Origin: Selaginella moellendorffii
Lineage: Eukaryota; Plantae; Lycopodiophyta
Length of the DNA stretch: 64,000 nt
Assembly: GCF_000143415.4 (NCBI RefSeq)
Contig: NW_003314307.1
Location: 832,378 to 896,377 of the forward strand
Direction: 5' to 3'
Both the position numbers and the translations under genes were made by a program. The stretch's first letter is position 1, and each line of letters begins with the position of its first letter. The notes under the pieces are model-generated. The model was not told where the DNA came from. It saw nothing but the letters and a program-made list of their open reading frames with translations, and ran no database searches. Below, piece by piece: positions 53,430-64,000 of the stretch.

Positions 53430-54200
53430 TTATGCGTCACTGCCAGTGTTGGCAGGACACTTTGAGGAGAATCCTAGAGTGCCATTGTTGTGCGAACCAC
53501 GAGTGTGAGCTTCCAGCTGTTTCTTCTCAGTCGGAGGATCGTCCACCACAACTTCGATCTGCCACCCGGGATCCTGAAAGATCACATTACTGCGCTGCTT
53601 CCTTCGAGATAACATCCATCGCATGAGCAAAAAGCACGCAAGCAGCACCAAGATCGCAACCAAAACCCAGAGAAGAAACTGGAGCAGCGACCACGGCGTC
53701 CTCCGAACCACTGTAACTACTGCTGCGGGTGTTGGTGTGGCCACTGCTGCGTCGTGACCGTCGCGACGATGGTGGTGGTGGTGGTGGTGGTGGTGGTGGT
53801 TGTGGCGTCCTCCATGGTGGTGACCATGGTGATGTTGGTGAACAACCAGAGGAGCTCCATCACCGTGATGATGATGGTACACTGCTGCTGCTGGAGCTGG
53901 ATGGTGGTGGCGAGCATGATCGAGGATAGCAGGTGCTGGAGCTAGATGAGCAGGGTGGCCGTGAGCAGGGTGAACGAAATCAGCTGGCGCTGGAGCTCGA
54001 TCTGGAGCGTCACCTTGAAGAACTGGAGCGTCACCTTGAAGAACTGGAGCTAAAGCTGGCACTGGCTCGTGGCTTTGGTGTCCATGGTGGTGTGCTGGAT
54101 GTGCTGGAGCTTGCAGGTGTGAAGCTCGGTGATGGCCGCCATGCCAGGGCACTTGAGCTGGGCGGGCAAGCATTGGGGCGGCGTGAGCGCGAGAGACCAT
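53430..54200 (-). CDS. His/Ala/Pro-rich single-pass membrane protein, copy 6 (complete ATG to stop, 256 aa)
   Basis: Ungapped ORF with an in-frame 21-bp duplication (APVLQGD x2), H9 tract and TM; the downstream HMA-like ORF has a 12-bp deletion that creates TAA. Confidence 0.7.
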   Translation of the reverse strand: MVSRAHAAPMLARPAQVPWHGGHHRASHLQAPAHPAHHHGHQSHEPVPALAPVLQGDAPVLQGDAPDRAPAPADFVHPAHGHPAHLAPAPAILDHARHHHPAPAAAVYHHHHGDGAPLVVHQHHHGHHHGGRHNHHHHHHHHHHRRDGHDAAVATPTPAAVVTVVRRTPWSLLQFLLWVLVAILVLLACFLLMRWMLSRRKQRSNVIFQDPGWQIEVVVDDPPTEKKQLEAHTRGSHNNGTLGFSSKCPANTGSDA

Positions 54201-54550
54201 TGCTTACCTGACCAGAGCTTCGACAATAGAAAAATCCAAGCGAGAAAGATTATAACCTAACCCTTGACTTAGAAAAAATAAAGAGGTACTTTTGGCTTTG
54301 TGAAAAAAAAAACAAGTGGACTCAAGAGCTGGTGACGTGGATTGTCAGGAAGGGTGCCATCGGGCTTGAGCATGCCAAAGAGCCCAAACCTAGATGTGAA
54401 CAGTGATTTAATCTCACAATCACGAAATGCTCTAGGTACAAATATTTTCAAAAGAGAAAACAATTTTAATTTGATGGCAACTCCTTTTTAGACTCAATCC
54501 TAATGTAGTGAATGAAACTTTTTTACTCGCTTTTCAAACCTTTAGAAATT

Positions 54551-55090
54551 TGGCACTCATTGAATGCAGAGTTTATGGAGACACAAGCCATTAGCATGCA
54601 CAAACTACTTCCTTTTGCAAAAAATTGGGAAAAAGAAACACAAGATAAATGTCTATCCATTGTTGTTTTGATGGTGGCACTCATTGAATGCAGAGCTTAT
54701 GGAGACACAAGCCATTAGCATGCACAAACTACTTCCTTTTGCAAAAAATTGGGAAAAAGAAACACAAGATAAATGTCTATCCATTGTTGTTTTGATGGTC
54801 TCACAATGCAACATCCATCCATAGCTCCCCCAAAGGTCTAATGGCTTGCACAAACTACTTCCTTTTGCAAAAAATTGGGAAAAAGAAACACAAGATAAAT
54901 GTCTATCCATTGTTGTTTTGATGGTGGCACTCATTGAATGCAGAGCTTATGGAGACACAAGCCATTAGCATGCACAAACTACTTCCTTTTGCAAAAAATT
55001 GGGAAAAAGAAACACAAGATAAATGTCTATCCATTGTTGTTTTGATGGTCTCACAATGCAACATCCATCCATAGCTCCCCCAAAGGTCAA
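54551..55090. repeat. Nested tandem repeats (~125-bp unit, ~250-bp higher-order period)
   Basis: GCACAAACTACTTCC...TTTTGATGG occurs four times. Confidence 0.9.
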
Positions 55091-55142
55091 CACCATTAAA
55101 ATCGCTCAAAACACCTGGAACGATCCAATAATCGAACATATT

Positions 55143-55215
55143 TGGAGATGCTGGGTATCGATCCCGGTGCCTCTCGCATGCTAAGCGAGTGCTCTACCAT
55201 CGGAGCTACATCCCC
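55143..55215 (-). tRNA. tRNA-Ala(AGC), possibly a pseudogene
   Basis: 73 nt; perfect anticodon stem; A14 changed to C; T-stem mismatch. Confidence 0.7.
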
Positions 55216-58200
55216 TTAGCAAAGAAACAAAAATGCTAATCTTTTCTCTTCACCATTCTAATACTTATCCTTGGAGATTCTGGCATCTTTTGTTGCATTT
55301 CAAGAGCCTTTTGAGTGATGAGCTTTGGAAAGACCACCATCTCCAGCAGGTTTCTATAGGCAAGCATCTGCATCTGTAGGCAACCATGAAGAATGTTACT
55401 AATGCTTATAATAATAGTAATAGTATTCACAAGAGGAGGACAAAAAGAGAGTGTTATTCAAGAGGATGAGTAAAGCAATTGGTAAAACCAACACAATATA
55501 AATCAATTGGTATGATCTTCAGTAGCAATCAAATTTTATAAACACTAATATTATTTAGTATTTTGGTTTGCTAGTAAACATATTTAGCTACATAATTGTA
55601 TAGCTAAAAGTCTTTTAAAATGAGTAACTTTTTTTTCTTACAGAATTTCAAAATTGGAAACATCACCTTTACATTCTTTCAAAGTTTAAATGCATTTGCT
55701 TTTGGTCTCTCATAGCCTCTGAACAAACAAATAGAGATATTAGGCACGCTTGATCAATTCAAAAAAACTAATTATTAAAAGCTTACTAGGTGATGGATTT
55801 TGTTTCAAGGTGGCCTCTCTCCATTCCTTATATTCTAAGCATGTTGTCCTACCTGGGTCTTGTATAAAACCAAACTAATGCCTTTAGAACTTGTAAGTTG
55901 TAACAAGGAAATCAATGCCTTCCTATTGACCTCAAGAATCTACAACTTAATGTACTTCTAAGTGGATCTGCTAATAAAGAGAGCCAAGTCAACAAAAGGA
56001 GTCATTAAGAATATTTTAAAAATATTTTGGTACACTAAAGAATACTTTCTTAATGTTTTAGTCATGGAGCTCATGGAGACACCCATCAGCATGCACAAAC
56101 TACTTCCTTTTGCAAAAAAGTGGGAAAAAGGAACACAAGATAAATATCTATCCATTGCTATTTTGATATTCTCACGGTGCAACATAGCTCTATATTGATA
56201 TTAATCCACAGCTCGTCCAGAGTAAAATTGGTCAAAACGCCTGGAATGATCCAACAATCAAACATATTTGGAGATGTTGGTATCGATCCCAAAAATCCAA
56301 AGCTTTTCTTTTCACCATTCTAGTACTCATCCATAAGGTTTGGAAGGACTAGCAAGCTTTTATAGCCAAGCAGCTGCATGGAAATGGTATGTACATACTC
56401 AAGGTCATGAAATCTCATTTTGGCAACATCCTATGAAGTGTTCCAGGTTTAAGGCCAAAGGATTTGTGGAGCATACCCTCAAAAGAGATGTGTATGGAAT
56501 CCACAGGATGGGCTGCTTGATATATACAAGAGGAACTCCTTGCAAAGCTGTTCCAGATCATACCAATTTGATTTATATTGTGTTGGTTTTGCCAATTGCT
56601 TTAATCATCCTCTTGAACAACATTGCAAAGAAAAACACTAGGGTGAATATTATGTATTATTATTATAACTATTAGTAACACAAATATTATTTGGTATTTT
56701 GGTTTGCTAGTAAATATATTTAGCTACATAATTGTATAGCTAAAAGTCTTTTAAAATGAGTAACTTTTCTTTCTTACAAAATTTTAAAATTGGAAATGTC
56801 ATCTTCACATTCTTTCAAAGTTTAAGCACATTTGCTTTTGGTGTCTCATAGCCCCTGAACAAAAAATTAGAGATATTGGGCACACTTGATCAATTCAAAG
56901 AAACTATTCATTAAAAGCTTACTAGGTGATGTACAATTTGCTAATAGAGAGAGCCAGGTCAACAAAAAGAGTCATTAAAAATAAAATTTTAAAATATTCT
57001 GGTATACTAAAGAATATTTTCTTATGGAAATATTTTTATTAAAGAGGTATTTTAAACAAACTAATAATTTAAATAATATTTAAATATGAGTGGCTCCGTA
57101 CAAAGCAAGGGGCTTCGGAAATGAATGCTAAATTGCATCACCAACTCAAATGGCCTTTGACGAAGACGCTGCAATTGTTTTAAAGCATCATCACAATCAT
57201 CAGCATATTCAAATGCATGTTTAAAGACGTCCGGGAGAATATCAATTCCATAATTAAGAATTATATACTTGTAATGATAACATTGTTATTTAATGTTGAT
57301 ACTTTTAACTACCACCTTCAAGTGTAATGCTTTTGAGTATGTTGCCTTGCTTCCTTTAATTATGTATTTGTAATTTTCCCACATTCATTCTTTCTCATTT
57401 TTATAGTTTCTTGAGAAAAGTGCTAAAGTTGAGTTTGTGGTTATGGTTGTAAAGTGTTCTTTTCAAATTTAAAGTTTGCTTCAAATAAAGCCCAAAGCTC
57501 CAAATTCATCAATTTCACCCCTTCTTCAACTAATAAAATACCTAGTATATATTTTACTTTATGGATAATTAATACTACATAGACTATGTGAGCAGAACTT
57601 CTATAGGACATAACAACATGAATAATCCCAATATTGTGGAGGATTGCCATATTGTTGTTATCTACAAAACAATCAAATGGAGTGTGTATAGTTAATATAG
57701 TAATTTGCTTACTATATAATATTCCTCCAATCCATGTAAAACATTTGATTGTAGAACTTACTTTAAGTCGATATCTAACTCACTAATTTCTATGAATCTT
57801 TCCTAATTTGACTTGGAAGCATCTAGGCTCTTCATTGCTCAAAAGCATTGGTCCTCTTTGTTCCATATTTATATACTTATACTTGAGATAGTGCAAATGT
57901 ATTTGTTGTATAGGCTCACTTACTCATTCCTTTCTTTTGATAGTTTCAAGGTTCTCAATTGGTTTTACTGCAAATTAAATTCTAAAATCATATAAAGTTA
58001 ATCTGATCACTTTTATTACTTTATGACCAAGAGATTGTGTCAATGTTGTAGTAGATAAACATTCCACCAAACCCTCATAATTACGTTGATTTTTTATAAC
58101 TTAGCCTTTTTTGTAGCATAGAGATGACCAAGTCATTGTAGCATGTTTTATTTGAAAATATGCATTTAGAGCAATTTTTTTTTGATAGCCATATCATATG

Positions 58201-59136
58201 GTAAATTTCAATAAGATTTATTTTTAACACTTCATAGAAGGTATTTCAAAACTCATTGAATAAAGAAAGAGAATTAATAAAGAGATCAATATGAGTACTT
58301 CCTTATTTGAGAAATAACTAAAGTCCTTAAATGTGGAAAACAAATAAACCACTATGTCAGCGAAGTCTGTAGTTATAGAATTGCATTTTTTATAAACATT
58401 ACCTCCAACCCACTATAAATGTATAAACTTGTAGTATTTATTTGCATCTTGTAAATTGTTGATATCTTTTAAACTATAGCAAAACCACTCATGGTTATTA
58501 TGGTGTTCAACTTAAATACATTAACCAGTGCGTTCATATAAACTTTATTCCTAATGGAAAAGGCAACTCTTTTTCATTTAACTAAAACTTTGTTTATATC
58601 ACCATTATAGACAATTCTAATACCTTATCAATTTGTTTATGCTTTGTTAATCATGAAACCATAAAACATTGATGGTGTTGAAAATCCAAATCCAAGTTAA
58701 TATAGTAGTGTTTAAAAAAGAACTTAAAATGGCATCTCTTTCAAATAGCTATATTTGCTAATATAAGGAGCTTGTAAATAGTGAGCCAAGGGAGTTGAAA
58801 AAAACATTCTGATACACTAAAGAATATTTTATTAAGGTTTTAGCTGCAAACAGTTTTATTAATCAGATATTTTAAATAAACTTAGTAATGAAAATAATAT
58901 TCACCTAATTTAGAGAGTAATTTGTTAATTTTATATCCAATAATTAGTATTTATAATAATTTTTTAATTTATATATTCATATTAAGTTAATACAATACCA
59001 ATATCTTTTTTTTTCACCTTATGTTCAAACATTATGATGAATCCAAATGTTAACATTTAGATCCATAATATGCAAAGGATGAAAGACTTTCAAAGTTTAA
59101 TGTTAAAAAAAGTATATGCAATTGCAACTTGGGAAT

Positions 59137-60062
59137 NNNNNNNNNNNNNNNNNNNNNNNNNNNNNNNNNNNNNNNNNNNNNNNNNNNNNNNNNNNNNNNN
59201 NNNNNNNNNNNNNNNNNNNNNNNNNNNNNNNNNNNNNNNNNNNNNNNNNNNNNNNNNNNNNNNNNNNNNNNNNNNNNNNNNNNNNNNNNNNNNNNNNNNN
59301 NNNNNNNNNNNNNNNNNNNNNNNNNNNNNNNNNNNNNNNNNNNNNNNNNNNNNNNNNNNNNNNNNNNNNNNNNNNNNNNNNNNNNNNNNNNNNNNNNNNN
59401 NNNNNNNNNNNNNNNNNNNNNNNNNNNNNNNNNNNNNNNNNNNNNNNNNNNNNNNNNNNNNNNNNNNNNNNNNNNNNNNNNNNNNNNNNNNNNNNNNNNN
59501 NNNNNNNNNNNNNNNNNNNNNNNNNNNNNNNNNNNNNNNNNNNNNNNNNNNNNNNNNNNNNNNNNNNNNNNNNNNNNNNNNNNNNNNNNNNNNNNNNNNN
59601 NNNNNNNNNNNNNNNNNNNNNNNNNNNNNNNNNNNNNNNNNNNNNNNNNNNNNNNNNNNNNNNNNNNNNNNNNNNNNNNNNNNNNNNNNNNNNNNNNNNN
59701 NNNNNNNNNNNNNNNNNNNNNNNNNNNNNNNNNNNNNNNNNNNNNNNNNNNNNNNNNNNNNNNNNNNNNNNNNNNNNNNNNNNNNNNNNNNNNNNNNNNN
59801 NNNNNNNNNNNNNNNNNNNNNNNNNNNNNNNNNNNNNNNNNNNNNNNNNNNNNNNNNNNNNNNNNNNNNNNNNNNNNNNNNNNNNNNNNNNNNNNNNNNN
59901 NNNNNNNNNNNNNNNNNNNNNNNNNNNNNNNNNNNNNNNNNNNNNNNNNNNNNNNNNNNNNNNNNNNNNNNNNNNNNNNNNNNNNNNNNNNNNNNNNNNN
60001 NNNNNNNNNNNNNNNNNNNNNNNNNNNNNNNNNNNNNNNNNNNNNNNNNNNNNNNNNNNNNN
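59137..60062. other. Assembly gap
   Basis: Run of N. Confidence 1.
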
Positions 60063-60189
60063 AGTCCCATATATACTAATGAAAAACATTCTATATACTA
60101 ATGTAATATGTTTGTGAATAGGCTTCTATAGATTTAAAGTGACCAAACATTATAAATCTATAATTTTTTTGCTTAATCAAACCTAGCTA

Positions 60190-62303
60190 TCTATAATAAT
60201 AAGAACGAAGGGCCTAGATCCCCAGAGCCGTCTGATCACGGGCTCGGGGCAGCCTCAGAAGCCATGGTTCTTAGGAAGGGGAGGCCACCCCAGGCCTAGG
60301 CCAGGGCCAGTGGCCATGGTTAACGGGAATATCGGCTCAATGTTGTGGCAGCCAATGGGCGGGATGCACGTGTGGCCGGGAAGGGAAGAGGGCGTGGTGA
60401 TAATTGTTATGCCATGCACTCCTAGGGCTCCATGGCTGCTCTGCTCGGATGGGGTTGTGTGGGCATTCCCGTGAGAGTCTGTGCGTCTGTAAGCTCCTAG
60501 AGGAGGTAATAGGGGCGAGTAGAATGGTAGTTGGACACACAATCCAGGTTCCTCTCGGGATCAACTCAAGACTGTGAGAGGCAAATTGGCTCATCTCCAA
60601 CTCAGCAAAGCTTTGATCCCTGTTCACCACTGCCTCAAGAGCTCTATAGCTTTGGCCTACAAGAAAGCAATTATCAAGGACACTCCCTCTTCATCCCTGG
60701 ATTCTCTCGAGGAATCCCTTGTTGCTGGGCCTGGTGAGGGATTGTTGTTTCAGCACATGCTCAGGATCAACTCCGTTGTAGGAACCAGGTGTTTTATGTT
60801 GATGTAGGGCTGTCGAGTCACTGTGCCAGCCAACACTACTCCTGAAGTTTTGGAAATCCGAAATGGCACTAATGTCTGGGTTCTCTTGAAAGAGAAGGAG
60901 AAGGAGAAGGCACAAGCATCACCTGGTTTAGCTTTGTTTTTAGATCGAGGTAAGTTGTAAGTTTGGATATCTTTGTATTCTATGATGAGATTTTTTCTCC
61001 GTCCGATACTGCTTCCGTCAAATCTAAAATTTAGTTCCAGTTTCCAAGATTCTGAGGGCTGGTTTCAACAATGCATGCTTATGGGCTTTCTCAAGTGTCT
61101 GGGATGCTGTGCCAGGTAACCTGATGCTGGCATATGAGCAACACTTGGGGCTGCAGCTCAAAATTGCAAAGCTGTGGATTATGAGGCAGAGATTGGTAAA
61201 CACAACATTGGAGTTATTATGTTGTTCTTGAGTGTGCTTCGCAAAAGTCTAATATTTTCCTTTCAGATCATTACATAGTTGTGAATTTTATATATATCCA
61301 ACTGTAGTCTGCATTTCTATTCTGCATAAACTTCTATACAAACTCAATTAAAGATATATATAAGCTTAAAATCTATAATCAAACTAACTGAAAATGCCTT
61401 GCCCCCGCGATCTTTTGAGAGACATACAACATAGTAAACAATCTAATGGAGATCTAGATGCCTCTGAAACTATGATTGATCATGATACACATACTATAGC
61501 TGTTCAAAATAATCATGATAATGATTCTATACACCAAAATATTAAAATTGGAGGTAATATAACTTGGTTATTTTGGCAACACATTGAAGAGTTTTCATCT
61601 TTAAAATGCAATGCATTACAAAAAGTACAAACAAATGATAAACTACCGATATTAAAATTTATAATGTTAAAGTCATTAAAAATGCTATGGCTTGCTAGTG
61701 TGGTATTAATGGGTGGGAGTGGTGGATTTAATATTGCTTATAATCATTATTATGATCACCTTTACCATTTGATATTAGACACTACAATAATGCTCTTGCT
61801 TTTGCATCTATGTCTTCTAATATTGATATTGTAAAAGCTCATGGTCCTTATTACTTTAAAATCCATGGTCAAATATATCATAATATTGTATCAACACATT
61901 CTTCTGAAGGTTAATATAAAACTTATGGACAACTTTATATGCTTGATACTCTAGAAGCTATAGATATAAGAAAGCAAAACCCTTTTAATTCAAGATGTAA
62001 GACAAACTTATTTTAACATCTTGATGCTCTCCTTCATCATGCTCAAGCTTTCAAAATGATGTATGAAATGGAACAAGAAGAAATTTGTTTTGCTACACTT
62101 TCAGGTTACTCTATATATAGTGTTTACATGTTATTAAAAACTGAAGGAACTAATCCACGATGCTATAATGCTTCATGGACAAATGATGTTGTTGTTGTGT
62201 TTGTTAGTGATGATGGAGAACTGCCACATAGTCATGAAATTTGTATATATCCAACTATAAGCAATTCTAAATGTATCTCAACACTTGATTATAATTGTGA
62301 TCC
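60190..62303 (+). mobile_element. 5' part of the Helitron, truncated
   Basis: Same 5' end and same breakpoint as 32723-34895. Confidence 0.9.
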
Positions 62304-64000
62304 AATAGTTCCCAAGTTGCACTTGTATATGCTTCTTGCAATGTTATACTTTTGGTAGGTCTTTAATCCCTTACAAACATATGTATTTTATATATTTAAT
62401 GATTTTTGGGATGAATTCAAATGTTAAAATGTTAATATGAGGAGTTCATAATATTAAGAAAAAATTAGATATTAGTATTGTATTTGAATTTAAAAAAATT
62501 ATTATAAAATATTAATTATAAGTTACACATAACATAACAAAGGGCATTTCTTAAAGTTACACTCAAATGGATTTTACAGTAATAATTAAATATTTAATAA
62601 TAATAAATATTAAAACTTAAAATAATACTTTCTTCTGTAAATTAGGTTACAAGGCAAAACCTCTATTAATTAGGAAATATTGCCACTCATATTTAAATAT
62701 TATTTAAATTACTAGTTTGTTTAAAATACCTCCTTAATAAAAATATTGCCATAAGAAAATATTCTTTAGTGTACCAGAATATTTTAAAATTTTATTCTTA
62801 ATGACTCTTTTTGTTGACCTGGCTCTCTCTATTAGCAAATTGTACATCACCTAGTAAACTTTTAATGATTAGTTTCTTTGAATTGATCAAGTGTGCCCAA
62901 TATCTCTTTTTTTTTTGTTCAGGGGCTATGAGACACCAAAAGCAAATGTGCTTAAACTTTAAAAGAATGTGAAGGTGACATTTCCAATTTTGAAATTTTG
63001 TAAGAAAGAAAATTTACTCATTTTAAAATACTTTTAGCTATACAATTATGTAGCTAAATATGTTTACTAGCAAACCAAAATACCAAATAATATTTGTGTT
63101 ACTAGTAATTAAAATAATAATACATAATATTTACCAGGAGGAGGAGGAACAAGGCTAGTGTTTTTCAAGTAAAGAAATTGGCAAAACCAACACAATATAA
63201 ATCAAATTGGTATGATTTAGAACAACTTTGCAAGGAGTTCCTCTTGTACACATCAAGCAGCCCATCCTGTGGCTTCCACACACATCTCTTTTGAGGGTAT
63301 GCTCCACAAATCCCTCAGCCTTAAACCTGGATATCAATCCCAAATATCCAAAGCTTTTCTTTTCACCATTCTAGTACTCATCGATGAGGTTTGGAAGGAC
63401 TAGCAAGCTTTTGTAGCCAAGTAGCTGTATGTAAATGGTACGTACATACTCAAGGTCATGAAATCTCATTTTGGTGACATCCTATGAAGTGCGATACCAG
63501 CATCTCCAAATATGTTCGATTGTTGGATCGTTCCAGGCGTTTTGATGAATTTTACTCTAGACAAGCTGTGGATTCATATCAATATGGAGCTATGTTGCAC
63601 TGTGAGAATATTAAAACAGCAATGGATAGATATTTATCTTGTGTTCCTTTTTCCCATTTTTTTGCAAAAGGAAGTAGTTTGTGCATACTGATAGCTTATG
63701 TCTCCATGAGCTCCATGACTCGCATTCAATGAGTGCCAAATTTCCAGAGGTTTGAAAAGCGAGTAAAAAAGTTTCGTTCACTACATTAGAATTGAGCCTA
63801 AAAAGGAGTTACCATCAAATTAAAGTTGTTTTCACTTTTGGAAATATTTGTACCTAGAGCATTTCGTGATTGTGAGATTAAATCACTGTTCACATCTAGG
63901 TTTGGGCTCTTTAGCATGCTCAAGCCCGATGGCACCCTTGCTGACAATCCATAGTGTCACCAGCTCTCTGAGTCCACTCGTTTTTTTTTTCACAAAGCAC

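Larger units (their letters stand above)
56061..64000. repeat. ~8-kb direct repeat of ~28559-36577
   Basis: Collinear and very similar, sharing the gag fragment, the Helitron truncation point and the micro-inversion. Confidence 0.92.

Noticed and set aside
54551-55090. Possible CRISPR-like array
   Set aside because: Long identical units with no unique spacers, no cas genes, and a eukaryotic context.
59070-60117. Long ORFs of 316-343 aa (also those across 27381-27743 and 36802-36988)
   Set aside because: Artefacts of translating N runs.

Overview
Eukaryotic, land-plant nuclear DNA, most likely a lycophyte such as Selaginella (inferred from PLS-type PPR fragments, short GT-AG introns and non-chromovirus Gypsy elements; not verified). 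The window is almost entirely a mosaic of a few modules reshuffled by direct and inverted segmental duplication. The modules are: (1) a His/Ala/Pro-rich single-pass membrane protein ORF (6 copies, plus the upstream region of a 7th at the window end), followed by a small Cys-containing ORF resembling a heavy-metal-associated (HMA) domain; (2) tRNA-Ala(AGC) genes and pseudogenes upstream of it; (3) decayed PPR fragments; (4) very AT-rich ~2 kb repeats in four diverged subfamilies with a cryptic coding signature; (5) a full-length degenerate Helitron (6791-12229) joined head-to-tail to a PPR-carrying mini-Helitron (12230-13005), plus two copies retaining only its 5' part; (6) a short-LTR Gypsy element with a tRNA-Ala PBS and a 4-bp TSD, present twice in opposite orientation. 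A mostly unique block at ~48-52 kb holds a DUF3067-like exon, an Athila/Tat-type RT fragment and PPR pseudogenes. Four N gaps are present. All comparisons were made by eye; no database search was run.
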